A stretch of DNA of 64,000 nucleotides from Dehalococcoidia bacterium (GTDB lineage Bacteria > Chloroflexota > Dehalococcoidia > Bin125). Below are positions 37,436 to 46,792 of this stretch, one piece after another (position 1 is the first letter of the stretch; every line of letters begins with the position of its first letter). The notes under the pieces are model-generated. The model was not told where the DNA came from. It did not search any database and saw only the letters and a list, made by a program, of their open reading frames with translations. The stretch is taken from contig CBDESM010000003.1 in assembly GCA_965242485.1 (NCBI GenBank), positions 639,337-703,336 on the forward strand, in the 5' to 3' direction. A program made the position numbers and the translations under genes.

Positions 37436-37732
37436 GTGGCCGCCTTCGCCTGCGTGCTCGAAGTCGAGCTCCTGATCCATGACGCCGCCGGCCTCAAGGA
37501 CAAGCGCCGCGTCGTCCGCCGCGCCCTCGACCGCGTCCGCGCCAAGTTCAACGCCGCCGCCGCCGAAGTCGGCGACCTCGGCGACGCCTCGCGCGCCTCC
37601 CTGGCCTTCGCCGTCCTCTCCAATTCCGAAGCACACGCGCACCAGCAAGCCCGGCGCATCGCCGACTTCCTCGAAGCGCTCCCGCTCGACGCCGAGATCG
37701 GCGAGATCTCGACCGAGACGATCCTGCTCTAA
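37436..37732 (+). CDS. DUF503 family protein
   Basis: LKDKRRVV…KFN..AEV motif. Confidence 0.85.
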   Translation: MAAFACVLEVELLIHDAAGLKDKRRVVRRALDRVRAKFNAAAAEVGDLGDASRASLAFAVLSNSEAHAHQQARRIADFLEALPLDAEIGEISTETILL

Positions 37733-37736
37733 CGCC

Positions 37737-37851
37737 CTGCTCTCACAGGTTGAATTCAACCTCGTTCGAGCTGCAGAGTCGCGTTCTACCGCTGTTCCGA
37801 AGAGCTGTAACGCCTTGGTCTCAAGGGGTTGAATTCAACCTGTGAGAGCAG
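37737..37851. mobile_element. MITE-like element (115 bp)
   Basis: perfect 25-bp terminal inverted repeats CTGCTCTCACAGGTTGAATTCAACC; no ORF. Confidence 0.65.
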
Positions 37852-37875
37852 CGTGAGACCCCGTCCCGCCGATGT

Positions 37876-39291
37876 TCAGGCACCCTCGGTCGTCCAGTAG
37901 GCGTTCGGATCGTGGCGGCTCATGGCGACATGGCGGACCGCTTCGCGCTGTTCCAGGAGCGCGAGCGCCCGCAGGACGGTGGGCCGGGCCGAACCGGTCA
38001 GCTGCACCAGCTCCCCCGTCCGCAGCCGCCCGGCTTCATCGAGGTGCTCGACGATCTTGAGCGCCAGCGGCGGCAGCCCTTGCTCCTGCTTCCGCCCGCC
38101 CACCTGCGCCCGCAGGATCACCCGCACCGCGCCCTCCAGATAACGGATGTCCGGCGGCTCGCGCCCGCTCGACACCATCACCTCGTACATCCGCCGCAGC
38201 CCCTCGCCCCGCTCCTCCCCGTAGGACATCTCCGCCAGCACCCGCGCGATCCGCGGATTCCGCGCCATCCGCACGACGTCGCGCAGATCATTCTTCGGCC
38301 GCCCGGCCGCGAAGCTGCCTGGATTCGACACTTCGACGCGGTCGTCGAAGATCTCGAAGCGGATGTGATCGCCGAAATTCGAGTAGGCGCGGTGGACGAC
38401 CGCGTTGACCAGGGCCTCGCGCCAGACGTCCTCGGGAATGATCGGCGACCACTCGAATTTGCCGTCGCGGCCGAGCGCCCGCCGTTCCGGCATCACGTCG
38501 GCGATCTGCTTCGTCGCTTCGTCGAGCTGCCGCGGCAGCGTCCCCTCGAACCGCGCGTCCGAGTGCGTGTTCTGCTCCGCTCCGAAGCGGCGCTCCGTCC
38601 CGATGTAGTGGATCACCCGGACATGCGCCGCCGGATAGGCATGCTGCGGCGCCGCGCCGAACAGCAGCTGCGCCGCGACGAACTGCGAGCCACTCGGGTC
38701 GCAGAGGCTGCGGGCCTGCAGCATCCGTTCCGCGCCGCTGATCCCGAGCGCCTGCGCGAACTCCGAGCAGCGCTCCCGGTTGAGCGCCGTATCGCCGAAC
38801 CGGCCCGCCGGCGTCGCCTCGAACGCCACCTCCCCGCGCTCGTAGAGCAGCGACGTGCGCTCCGCGAAGGTCAGCAGCCGATCCACGTCCGCGACCCGCA
38901 GGTACATGTCGTCCGGCGTCCGCACGAGCGGCCGGTTTGATGGAGGCACCGAGATCACGCACAGGCGGTCCGGTTTGCCCGTATCCGTGATGCAGGGCAG
39001 CAATGCCGACTCGTAATGCATCCGCGGCATCGTCTGTTCGATCCCCGCCCGATCCCACCCGGGATGCGCTTCGGGGAACTCGTCAATGCCTTCGCAGCGG
39101 CCCCCGTGCAGCCCGATCGCGACGATCCCGCCCTCCGCATTGGCCATCGCGACCAGCGTCTTCGCCAACCCGCGCGAATCGATCCGCGCGCTCTTGCGGT
39201 CGAACCACTGGTCTTCAGGCTGCGACAGCAGCGTCGCCGTCAGCTCGGCCGGCGTCAGCATCCGCAATTGCTCGATCGGGGGAACCGGCAT
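37876..39291 (-). CDS. AlbA_2 (Schlafen-like) + HATPase_c_4 + C-terminal wHTH protein
   Basis: EDQWFDRKS, AMANAEGG..G, REALVNAVVHRAY, FDDRVEVSNPG, RNP.IA, GEG..RM. Confidence 0.88.
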   Translation of the reverse strand: MPVPPIEQLRMLTPAELTATLLSQPEDQWFDRKSARIDSRGLAKTLVAMANAEGGIVAIGLHGGRCEGIDEFPEAHPGWDRAGIEQTMPRMHYESALLPCITDTGKPDRLCVISVPPSNRPLVRTPDDMYLRVADVDRLLTFAERTSLLYERGEVAFEATPAGRFGDTALNRERCSEFAQALGISGAERMLQARSLCDPSGSQFVAAQLLFGAAPQHAYPAAHVRVIHYIGTERRFGAEQNTHSDARFEGTLPRQLDEATKQIADVMPERRALGRDGKFEWSPIIPEDVWREALVNAVVHRAYSNFGDHIRFEIFDDRVEVSNPGSFAAGRPKNDLRDVVRMARNPRIARVLAEMSYGEERGEGLRRMYEVMVSSGREPPDIRYLEGAVRVILRAQVGGRKQEQGLPPLALKIVEHLDEAGRLRTGELVQLTGSARPTVLRALALLEQREAVRHVAMSRHDPNAYWTTEGA

Positions 39292-39299
39292 CAGACTTC

Positions 39300-39340
39300 C
39301 ACTCTAGTCTAGTCTCACAATATGAGACTAGACTAGAGTG
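39300..39340. promoter_or_regulatory. long palindrome over the AlbA_2 gene promoter (candidate operator)
   Basis: perfect 18-bp arms CACTCTAGTCTAGTCTCA-caata-TGAGACTAGACTAGAGTG. Confidence 0.6.
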
Positions 39341-39613
39341 CACGACCCGGCAATAGGCCCATGGCCACCCCTCAAAGGCCACTGTATCGCACTCTCATAT
39401 TGTTAGACTAGAGCCTATTGCTGCTTGGAGGAGAGTATCGGAGACGAGGGCACGGCGGGCGAAGGAGAGGAAGACAGTATCGAGATTGTCGTAGCGGGTG
39501 GCAGCAGCGGCGCAATCCGCACGTTACGGCGCTTGGGCCAGTTCCATCGGGCGATCCTCACCGCCCTGTCTCCGTCCCCGCCTTGGCCGCCACCGCGCAC
39601 AGAGCGACGGGCC

Positions 39614-40099
39614 CTAATCAATCTCGGAAAAGACCGCGCGCGCAGCCTCCTCATCAAAAACGGCGAGTACGCCGGCGCAATCATTCACGGTCTGGTTCAC
39701 ACGGCGTCGAGGGATGTCCTTCACTGGTGGATGAGCCCACAGATTCCGCGCTTGATAGATGGCCCGGATCATTCGCGTTTTGTCCTCAGAGGCGAGCTCG
39801 CCGAAGATCGGGCGCCGATTGTCTACCGCGCCGAGGAAGATTGGGATGTCTAGCAGCTCTTGACGCAGCTCGTCGTCGCTCAGTTGGCGCCTGCCGTCCA
39901 TCCGCTCGGAGAGCAATCTCTGCTCGCTCGCTTCGAGTTCCTGCCGATTGTTCTCCGGCAGGGCCTCCTTGAGTTTCTCCAGCCAATCATCGTCATACCG
40001 CTCCTTCCAGCCTTCCGCGATGTGCTGGCGCATCGCGCTCCGATAGATGTTCAGAACGCGCGTCAAGCGCTCGTGTTGGGGGAATTCCATCGCTGGCAT
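39614..40099 (-). CDS. Swt1-like HEPN domain protein
   Basis: helical protein with LLD…F and RNLWAH (Rx4H) motif. Confidence 0.7.
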   Translation of the reverse strand: MPAMEFPQHERLTRVLNIYRSAMRQHIAEGWKERYDDDWLEKLKEALPENNRQELEASEQRLLSERMDGRRQLSDDELRQELLDIPIFLGAVDNRRPIFGELASEDKTRMIRAIYQARNLWAHPPVKDIPRRRVNQTVNDCAGVLAVFDEEAARAVFSEID

Positions 40100-40325
40100 G
40101 TTTCGCCCGCCTTCGTGAAGAGATATGGGCTGCTGACGCTAACGCCCTGGACCCGGCTTTTCCAGCCGATCCGCTGACTTCAGCGCCTGCTTATGCCAAG
40201 TGGCGCGTCAGAGATGAAGACGAGATGCGTGACAGGGAAAGCAGCGCGATGGGCGGGTCGTCGCATCCAGCAGCGGAACAGCAGGGACGCGCTCGTACGT
40301 GGGAAAGTTCTAGCGCCGCGCTGGC

Positions 40326-41630
40326 TCAAGCAGATGGAATCGGCGATGCCCAGAGGTCGTGGCCCAATGCGGCCTCGATTTGCACTTGGACCAGCTCGCC
40401 CGGGTCCGCTGTTCCGTTTGCGAAGATCAGGCCGTCTACTTCCGGGGCTTCGCGGTAGCTGCGGCCCGCGATGATCGGCTCGCCGTCCTCGTCTCTTTGC
40501 CCTGGTTCGGATTCGACCAGCAGTTCCAGCCGGCGGCCGACTTGCCTTTCGTTGATCTCGGCCGAAATCACCGCGAGTTCGCCCATCAGTCGGCCATATC
40601 GTTCCTGTTTCACTTCTTCCGGCACTTGATCGGGCATCTCGGCGGCGGGGGTGCCTGTCTGCGGCGAGAACGTGAACGCGCCTGCGCGGTCGAAGCGCGT
40701 CTCGCGGACGAATTCCAGCAGCTGCTCGAATTCCGCCTCCGTCTCGCCGGGAAAGCCGACCAGGAACGTCGTGCGCAGCGCGATATCCGGCATCGCCTCC
40801 CGCAGCCGCTCCAGCGTCCGCGCCACCATCTGCGCATTGTGCGGGCGCTTCATCCGCCGCAGCACCGACTCCGCGCCGTGCTGCAGCGGGATGTCCAAGT
40901 AGTTGCATACCTGCGGCACCGACGCCATCACCTCGATCAGGGCCGGCGTGACCGCGCCCGGGTAGGCGTACATCAACCGCAGCCAGCGCGCTCCGCTCTC
41001 CGCCGCCAGCCGTTCCAGCAGCCGCGCCAAGCCGTCGCGTTCGCCCCGCTCGACCGCGAACGAGGTGCTGTCCTGCGCCACCAGCACCAGCTCCTTCGCG
41101 CCGCGTTCCACCAGCTCGCGCCCCTCGGCGACCAGATCGTCCGCGCCGCCGCTGCGGAACAAACGGCCCTTGATGCCCGGAATGTTGCAGAACGTGCAGG
41201 GCCGCGCGCAGCCATCCGAGATTTTCAAGTAGGCCGAGGCCTGCATCGGCTGCGCCGGCCCGCCTGCGGGGATGTCCCGCTCGGCCTCCGCGCCCGCCGC
41301 CGGAGCGCGCGCGGCGATGGCGTCCCATGCTTCGATCCCGAGCACGTCGTCGACGCCGACGATGCCGCCCGCCCTGCCTGGTTCCAGCTCCGACCAGCAG
41401 CCGGTCACGATCAAGCGCTGGCCGTCCTCTTTCTGCTCGGCCAAAGCCCGCGCGACGGCTGCTGATTCGGCCTTTGCGTCATCGATGAAGCCGCAAGTGT
41501 TGAGGATCAGCAGATCAGCCGCCTCGCGCTCGGCCGGCACCGCTCCGCCGGACGCTAAGCGGCGCGCGATCCGGGCCGAATCGGTCGTATTCTTCGGGCA
41601 GCCCAGCGTCACGATGTGGTACGTGCTCAT
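40326..41630 (-). CDS. rimO: ribosomal protein S12 methylthiotransferase
   Basis: TLGCPKN, NTCGFI, CARPCTFC.IP, RLMYAYP, APEVDG. Confidence 0.93.
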   Translation of the reverse strand: MSTYHIVTLGCPKNTTDSARIARRLASGGAVPAEREAADLLILNTCGFIDDAKAESAAVARALAEQKEDGQRLIVTGCWSELEPGRAGGIVGVDDVLGIEAWDAIAARAPAAGAEAERDIPAGGPAQPMQASAYLKISDGCARPCTFCNIPGIKGRLFRSGGADDLVAEGRELVERGAKELVLVAQDSTSFAVERGERDGLARLLERLAAESGARWLRLMYAYPGAVTPALIEVMASVPQVCNYLDIPLQHGAESVLRRMKRPHNAQMVARTLERLREAMPDIALRTTFLVGFPGETEAEFEQLLEFVRETRFDRAGAFTFSPQTGTPAAEMPDQVPEEVKQERYGRLMGELAVISAEINERQVGRRLELLVESEPGQRDEDGEPIIAGRSYREAPEVDGLIFANGTADPGELVQVQIEAALGHDLWASPIPSA

Positions 41631-42442
41631 GGCGAATCCTCGTCTTCCGCTTCCGCCTCCGCCGCTTCAGATCCGCCGCGCGGGCCGGAGCTGACCACGA
41701 TCAGCAGCGAGTCGCCCGCTTCCAGCTGCGAGCCCGCCGGCGGCGATTGCTCGATCACGGTCGACGCCGGTGCCGCATCGGCCACCTCGATCACCAAGTA
41801 CGGCACTCCGCTCACGCGGGCGTAGGCCAGCGCCGCGATGCGCGGCACCCCGCTCAGATCGGGCACCGGCGCCGTATCCACCTCTACTTGGCCGGAGCCG
41901 GGCGCGGGCACGCGCGGTTCCGCCAGCCCCGCCACTTCGCGCTGCGCCGGCGGGGCCTCCTCGGCATCGCCCGACCTGAGCAGCACGAATGCCGCTCCGG
42001 CCACGATCGCGGCGACGACGAGTGCCGCGAGCCACGCTCCCAGGCTCGATCCGCTCGCCAGCTCCGCGCGCTGCCCGCCGCCCTGCGGCCTCCCGCCCGG
42101 GGTCGGCCCCGGCTCGGACGCCAGCCCCGCTCCCGGCGCGGTCGGCTCGATCGGCGCCTGCTCGAGCAGAACGGCCGGGTCCATGCCGAGATAGTCCGCG
42201 TACGACGAGATGAAGCCGCGCGTGAACGGGGCCGCCGGCAGGGCATCCCATTCCTCCGCCTCGATCGCCTCCAAGTACGGCATCGGAATCCGCGTCGCCT
42301 GGTGCGCCTGCCGCAGCGAGCGGCCGCGGCGGATCCGCTCTTCCTTCATCAGCAAGCCGGGCCCCGGCCGCGGCAGGGCGGCCGATTCCGTGTCCGGCAG
42401 CCCCGGCTCGTCCGGCGCGGAGGGCGCGGGTCCCTCGCTCAC
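41627..42442 (-). CDS. RodZ-like HTH membrane protein with PASTA-like domain
   Basis: ATRI…YLEAIE…LP…FTRGF..YA.YLG; one TM; VPDL.G…VIEQSP. Confidence 0.75.
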   Translation of the reverse strand: MSEGPAPSAPDEPGLPDTESAALPRPGPGLLMKEERIRRGRSLRQAHQATRIPMPYLEAIEAEEWDALPAAPFTRGFISSYADYLGMDPAVLLEQAPIEPTAPGAGLASEPGPTPGGRPQGGGQRAELASGSSLGAWLAALVVAAIVAGAAFVLLRSGDAEEAPPAQREVAGLAEPRVPAPGSGQVEVDTAPVPDLSGVPRIAALAYARVSGVPYLVIEVADAAPASTVIEQSPPAGSQLEAGDSLLIVVSSGPRGGSEAAEAEAEDEDSP

Positions 42443-43461
42443 ATCGTCACCATGGTCTTCAGCGCCGATGGATCGTCCCGCACGGAATAGGCCCGATCCG
42501 CCTCGGCCAAGTCGAATGCATGCGTCACGATCTTTCCCAGCGAGCCCAGCGACGGGAGCAGCGCGGCGGTGCGGCGGAACTGGTCCGGCGTCGCGTTCTG
42601 GGTACCCGTCAGGGTCACCTCGTCGTAGTGCAGCGCGTTCACGTCGATCGTCGCCGTCGAGCCCTTCACGAAGCCCGCGAAGAGGTTCACCGCGCCCTGC
42701 CGCGCCGCCAGCGCCAGCGCCGATTCGGTCAGCCCCTCGAGTCCGACCGACACGATCACCATGTCCGCGCCCGCGCCCCGCGTCGCCTCGGCGACCGCAT
42801 CCGCCGCTTCCTCCGGCTCGACCGCGGCATCCGCGCCGGCCTCGAGCGCCGCCTCCCGCCGCGAAGCGACCGGCTCCGCGGCGATCACGGCTCCCGCTCC
42901 CAGCGCGCGCGCCAGCACGACGTGGATCAGGCCCATCGGCCCCGCCCCCAGCACGGCGACCGAGCAGCCCGCCCGGAAGCGGCACGACTCCAGCGAATTC
43001 AGCGTGCACGCGGTCGGCTCGGTCAGCGACGCGAGCCGGACGTCCGCCCCCGCCGCCAGCCGCACCGCGTGCCCCTGCGCCACGATCGGCGCCGGCAGCA
43101 GCACCTGTTCCGCCATCCCGCCCGAAAGGTCGTAGCCCAGCGTGCGCCGCTCGACGCAGCGGTTGCGCAGCCCGCGACGGCAGAACAAGCAGCCGCCGCA
43201 GGAAATGATCGGATACACCGCGACCCGGTCGCCGACCGCCAAGCCGTCCACGCCCTCGCCGATGGCCGAGATGGCGCCGGCGAACTCGTGTCCCGGCGCG
43301 ATCCCCGGCTCCGCGTGCTTCTCGCCGCGGAACACCCGCAAGTCCGACGCGCAGACCGATGCTGCGGCCACATCCAGCACGGCCTCCCCCGGCCCCGGCC
43401 GCGGCGAATCCAGCTCGCCCACCCGAATCGCGCCCGGCCCATCGAAAATCAGCGCCCGCAT
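42439..43461 (-). CDS. zinc-dependent alcohol dehydrogenase (MDR family)
   Basis: C.SD, GHEF.G, CGGCLFC…C, GAGPMG. Confidence 0.92.
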   Translation of the reverse strand: MRALIFDGPGAIRVGELDSPRPGPGEAVLDVAAASVCASDLRVFRGEKHAEPGIAPGHEFAGAISAIGEGVDGLAVGDRVAVYPIISCGGCLFCRRGLRNRCVERRTLGYDLSGGMAEQVLLPAPIVAQGHAVRLAAGADVRLASLTEPTACTLNSLESCRFRAGCSVAVLGAGPMGLIHVVLARALGAGAVIAAEPVASRREAALEAGADAAVEPEEAADAVAEATRGAGADMVIVSVGLEGLTESALALAARQGAVNLFAGFVKGSTATIDVNALHYDEVTLTGTQNATPDQFRRTAALLPSLGSLGKIVTHAFDLAEADRAYSVRDDPSALKTMVTM

Positions 43462-43477
43462 CAGCACCCCAATCGAC

Positions 43478-43804
43478 TCAATCGTAGAACAGCCCGCCAG
43501 CAGCGCTTAGCGGCCCAAGTCGTACTCGGACAAAAAAGTGATCGACGCAGACGACCTCGATCACGCCGCCCTCCCGCATCCGATGGATTCGGCGCGAACT
43601 CGTCGAATGCGGCGGCGTAGTCGCCTTCCGCATACGGTCCGAGCTCGCTGATGTCGGCCGTGAAACGCGGATCCCGCGGATTTGCGAGAAGCTCGGCTTC
43701 GCAAGCGAGATAGGAAACGGTAGCTGCATCGCTCAAACGCTCGAACTGGCGGCTGCCCGCCCGGTTCTGATGACCGTGAATCCGGTGCTCCCGGTCCCGC
43801 TCAC
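43478..43804 (-). pseudogene. frameshifted RelE-like toxin, paralog of 30119-30451
   Basis: GTG overlaps the Panacea stop; segments GFTVIRTGRAA / RQFERLSD…ELLANP…GPY…FDEFA / IHRM…VIEVVCVD are interrupted by two frameshifts. Confidence 0.55.
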
Positions 43805-44340
43805 GCCCACCGGCGCTTGCGGCCGGCGGCTTCGGGGCGGCGGCCGGTGACCGCCTCGATCACCTCCGGGCGTTGAAGCAACTCGAACGCGCGGTCCCAG
43901 TCCGGCCGGGAGCTGTCATCTGCCTCGTCCTCGGACGGCGACTGCAAGATGGAGCGGGCGATCTCCCCGGCCGTGATCTCGCTGCCGGAGCGGCACTCGC
44001 CGAGGCCCGTCCGCCACGGAACATCGCGGACGCGCAGCGCCTCGCGCAGCGCCCCGGCCTGGAGAATGCGCGGCAGCTCAACCGGGTCGACCGGCGGCGT
44101 CAGATCACCATCGCTGAATTCGGCGTCGAGAGCGGGAAAGACGGGGCCGGCATCAGTCGCGATGGCCGGCTCGATGAAGAGCGGCACCCCGCGCTTCACG
44201 TGATACAGCCCCTGCGCGTAGCAGCAGATTTCGTGCAGCCGCCTCAAGCTGATCGCGATCCCGTCACTGGCGGCCGCGTGCAGCACCCACCGCGCCCCGT
44301 CGACGACCAGAATCTGATGCGGCGGCTCTCCAGCGGGCAT
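43801..44340 (-). CDS. degenerate Panacea (DUF4065) antitoxin
   Basis: LRRLHEICCYAQG, PLF.E..A…GPVFP, PW resemble 30451-31005. Confidence 0.65.
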   Translation of the reverse strand: MPAGEPPHQILVVDGARWVLHAAASDGIAISLRRLHEICCYAQGLYHVKRGVPLFIEPAIATDAGPVFPALDAEFSDGDLTPPVDPVELPRILQAGALREALRVRDVPWRTGLGECRSGSEITAGEIARSILQSPSEDEADDSSRPDWDRAFELLQRPEVIEAVTGRRPEAAGRKRRWA

Positions 44341-44394
44341 GGCGAACCCTCCCGGCGCCCGGTTTCTGCCGCGAGGCGGAAGCCGTCGTCGGGA

Positions 44395-44727
44395 TCAGCC
44401 GGCGATCACGGCCTCGGGGCGGCGGGTGCGGGGGCGCTGTTCGCGCTCGGGGGTCCGCACGGCGTGGTAGTGGCGCAGCAGCCGGCTCTTGCGGCGGGCG
44501 GCCGTGTTCGCGTGCAGCACGCCCTTCTGCGCGGCACGGTCCAGCGCGCTCACCGCGCTGCGGATCGCCGCATCCGCCTCGTCCCACGAATCCGAGCCGC
44601 CCGCGTCGTCGATCGCCTCGAGCGCGGCGCGGACGGAGTGCCGCGCGACCGTGCGCACCGGCTTGTTCCGCATCCGCCGCCGCTGCGACGCCCGCAGGTA
44701 TTTTTCCGCTGCTGCCTTGTTCGGCAT
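44395..44727 (-). CDS. rpsT: 30S ribosomal protein S20
   Basis: MPNKAAAEK…RN, LDRAAQKGVLHANTAARRKSRL. Confidence 0.93.
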   Translation of the reverse strand: MPNKAAAEKYLRASQRRRMRNKPVRTVARHSVRAALEAIDDAGGSDSWDEADAAIRSAVSALDRAAQKGVLHANTAARRKSRLLRHYHAVRTPEREQRPRTRRPEAVIAG

Positions 44728-44824
44728 CCCGTCCTCCAATGCCAGTCGGCGTGCCGCGGTTATCGTATCTGCGGGCGGGGGTGTCCGCAAACGTGCGCGA
44801 TCAGAACTTGATCACGGGAGCGGG

Positions 44825-46444
44825 ATGAGCGCCGCGCCGGACCAGCCCGCAGGCGCCGGACTGCGCAGCCGCGTCTTCGGCGCGCGCCACGGCATCTTCG
44901 GCGCGGCGCTGCTGCTCGCGCTCGCCTTCCTCGGCAGCCGCCTGCTCGGCGCCGCCCGCGCCATCGTCATCGCCGACCAGTACGGCGCTTCGGTCGAGCT
45001 CGACGCCTTCTGGGTGGCGATGCGCCTGCCCGACATCGTCTTCCAGCTGCTCGCCGGCGCCACCCTCGCCTCCGCCTTCATCCCCGTCTACGCCCGCGTG
45101 CTCGGCCAGCGCGGCGAGCGCGCCGCTTGGCGGCTGGCCAGCGTCGTGCTCAACTGGGTCATGATCGGCACCATCGCCCTCGCCGCCGTCGTCTTCCTCG
45201 CCGCCGATTGGATCGTGCCCGCGCTCGCCCCCGGCCTCGGCGAAGAGAGCGGCATCCAGGAGCAGGCCCGCCGTGATGCCGTCTTCCTGACCCGCGTGCT
45301 GCTCGCCTCGCCGATACTCTTCGCCGCCTCCGGGATGGTCACCGGGATGCTCCACGCCCGCCGCCATTTCCTGCTGCCGGGGCTCTCGCCGATGTTGTAC
45401 AACTTGGCGATCATCTTGGCGGCGCTGCTCGTGCCCGAACGTTTCGGCGTCGACGCGCTCGCGATCGGCACCGTCGCCGGCAGCGGATTGCACCTGCTCA
45501 TACAACTGCCCGCGCTGGTCGCCGCCCGGGCGAGGCTGCGTCCGCAGCTCAGCATCAGCGATCCTGATTCGCGTGAAGTGCTGCGGTTGATGATCCCCCG
45601 CATGATCGGGCTCGGCGCGGCGCAAATTAACCTGACCATCCTCACTTTCTTCGGCTCCCTAGTCGGCGATGCTTCGATATCGGCGCTCAATTTCGCCTGG
45701 TTGCTGCTGATGCTGCCGGTCGGCCTGCTCGGGATTTCGCTGGCGACTGCAATTTTTCCGACTTTGGCCGAGCGCGCGGAATCGGGCGGCGATGCGGCCG
45801 TCGCGGAACTGGTCACCCGCGCGTTGCGCTTCATATTGTTCCTCAGCGTGCCCGCGACCGTCGGCATGGTGCTGCTGCGGGACTCGATCGTCGCGACGTT
45901 ATTGCAGCGCGGCGCGTTCGATGCGGCCGCGGCCGAACTGGTCTCCGACGCGCTGCTCTTCTACGGCATCGGGTTGTTCGCCCATACCGCCATCGAGATC
46001 CTCTCGCGCGGCTTCTACGCCTTGGGCGATACGCGCACGCCGGTCGCGCTCGCGGTCATGTCGATGCTGGTCAACCTGATCCTCGCCGCCGCTCTAGTCG
46101 ATCGGTTCGAGCTGCGCGGGCTCGCGCTCGCCCTCTCCGCCGCGACCATCGCCGAAGCCGTGATCCTCGCCGCGCTGCTGCATGGGCGCTTGGACGGCCG
46201 CCTCTTCAACCGCGCCACCCTCGGCTCGACGCTGCGCACCCTGATCGCCTCCGCCGTGATGGGCCAGACCCTCTTCCTCGGCCTCGCCGGCCTCTCCGAA
46301 CTCGGCATCGCCGCCGACTCCTGGATCACCCTCGCCGCCGGCACCGGCGGCGGCTTGGCCGTCTACCTCCTCCTCTCCGCCATCCTCGGCCACCCCGAGC
46401 TCAACGCCGCGCTCCAGCGCGTCCGCGCCCGCACAGCGAAATGA
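44825..46444 (+). CDS. murJ: lipid II flippase MurJ/MviN
   Basis: SRLLG..R, DAF..A.RLPD, AFIPV, LQRGAF, RGFYA.GDTRTP. Confidence 0.9.
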   Translation: MSAAPDQPAGAGLRSRVFGARHGIFGAALLLALAFLGSRLLGAARAIVIADQYGASVELDAFWVAMRLPDIVFQLLAGATLASAFIPVYARVLGQRGERAAWRLASVVLNWVMIGTIALAAVVFLAADWIVPALAPGLGEESGIQEQARRDAVFLTRVLLASPILFAASGMVTGMLHARRHFLLPGLSPMLYNLAIILAALLVPERFGVDALAIGTVAGSGLHLLIQLPALVAARARLRPQLSISDPDSREVLRLMIPRMIGLGAAQINLTILTFFGSLVGDASISALNFAWLLLMLPVGLLGISLATAIFPTLAERAESGGDAAVAELVTRALRFILFLSVPATVGMVLLRDSIVATLLQRGAFDAAAAELVSDALLFYGIGLFAHTAIEILSRGFYALGDTRTPVALAVMSMLVNLILAAALVDRFELRGLALALSAATIAEAVILAALLHGRLDGRLFNRATLGSTLRTLIASAVMGQTLFLGLAGLSELGIAADSWITLAAGTGGGLAVYLLLSAILGHPELNAALQRVRARTAK

Positions 46445-46489
46445 TTTGATGCAGCATGACATTCGTCCAGCCTTGGACGCTCCAGGGAG

Positions 46490-46720
46490 ATGGCCATGAT
46501 CCGACGAATAGCCCATTCATACCGCAGCGTGCGCACAGCACATCCCACATGGGTGGATTGTGCGTGGGGAATCCCGATCTATGGCGGCACCTTGGTGTTT
46601 CAGTGGCTTGTGCTCGGCATCGAGCTCGACCGATGGACCGCCTACTTGGCACCCCTCGCATGCTCCATCGTCTATGTGTCAATAGGACGAAGCCTCCGTC
46701 AAGATCAGAGACCGAAGTGA
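46490..46720 (+). CDS. small two-TM hypothetical protein in a low-GC insert
   Basis: AGGGAG RBS; two hydrophobic segments. Confidence 0.45.
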   Translation: MAMIRRIAHSYRSVRTAHPTWVDCAWGIPIYGGTLVFQWLVLGIELDRWTAYLAPLACSIVYVSIGRSLRQDQRPK

Positions 46721-46792
46721 CTGCATCCCTAAATTATATATTTGATCAACGCCACGGCGGAATCGCATTCGCCGGCTCGATCGCGCAGGCCG

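Noticed and set aside
39415-39613. Read-through or frameshifted continuation of the HEPN gene
   Set aside because: The downstream frames I read are short or low-complexity with no recognisable domain.
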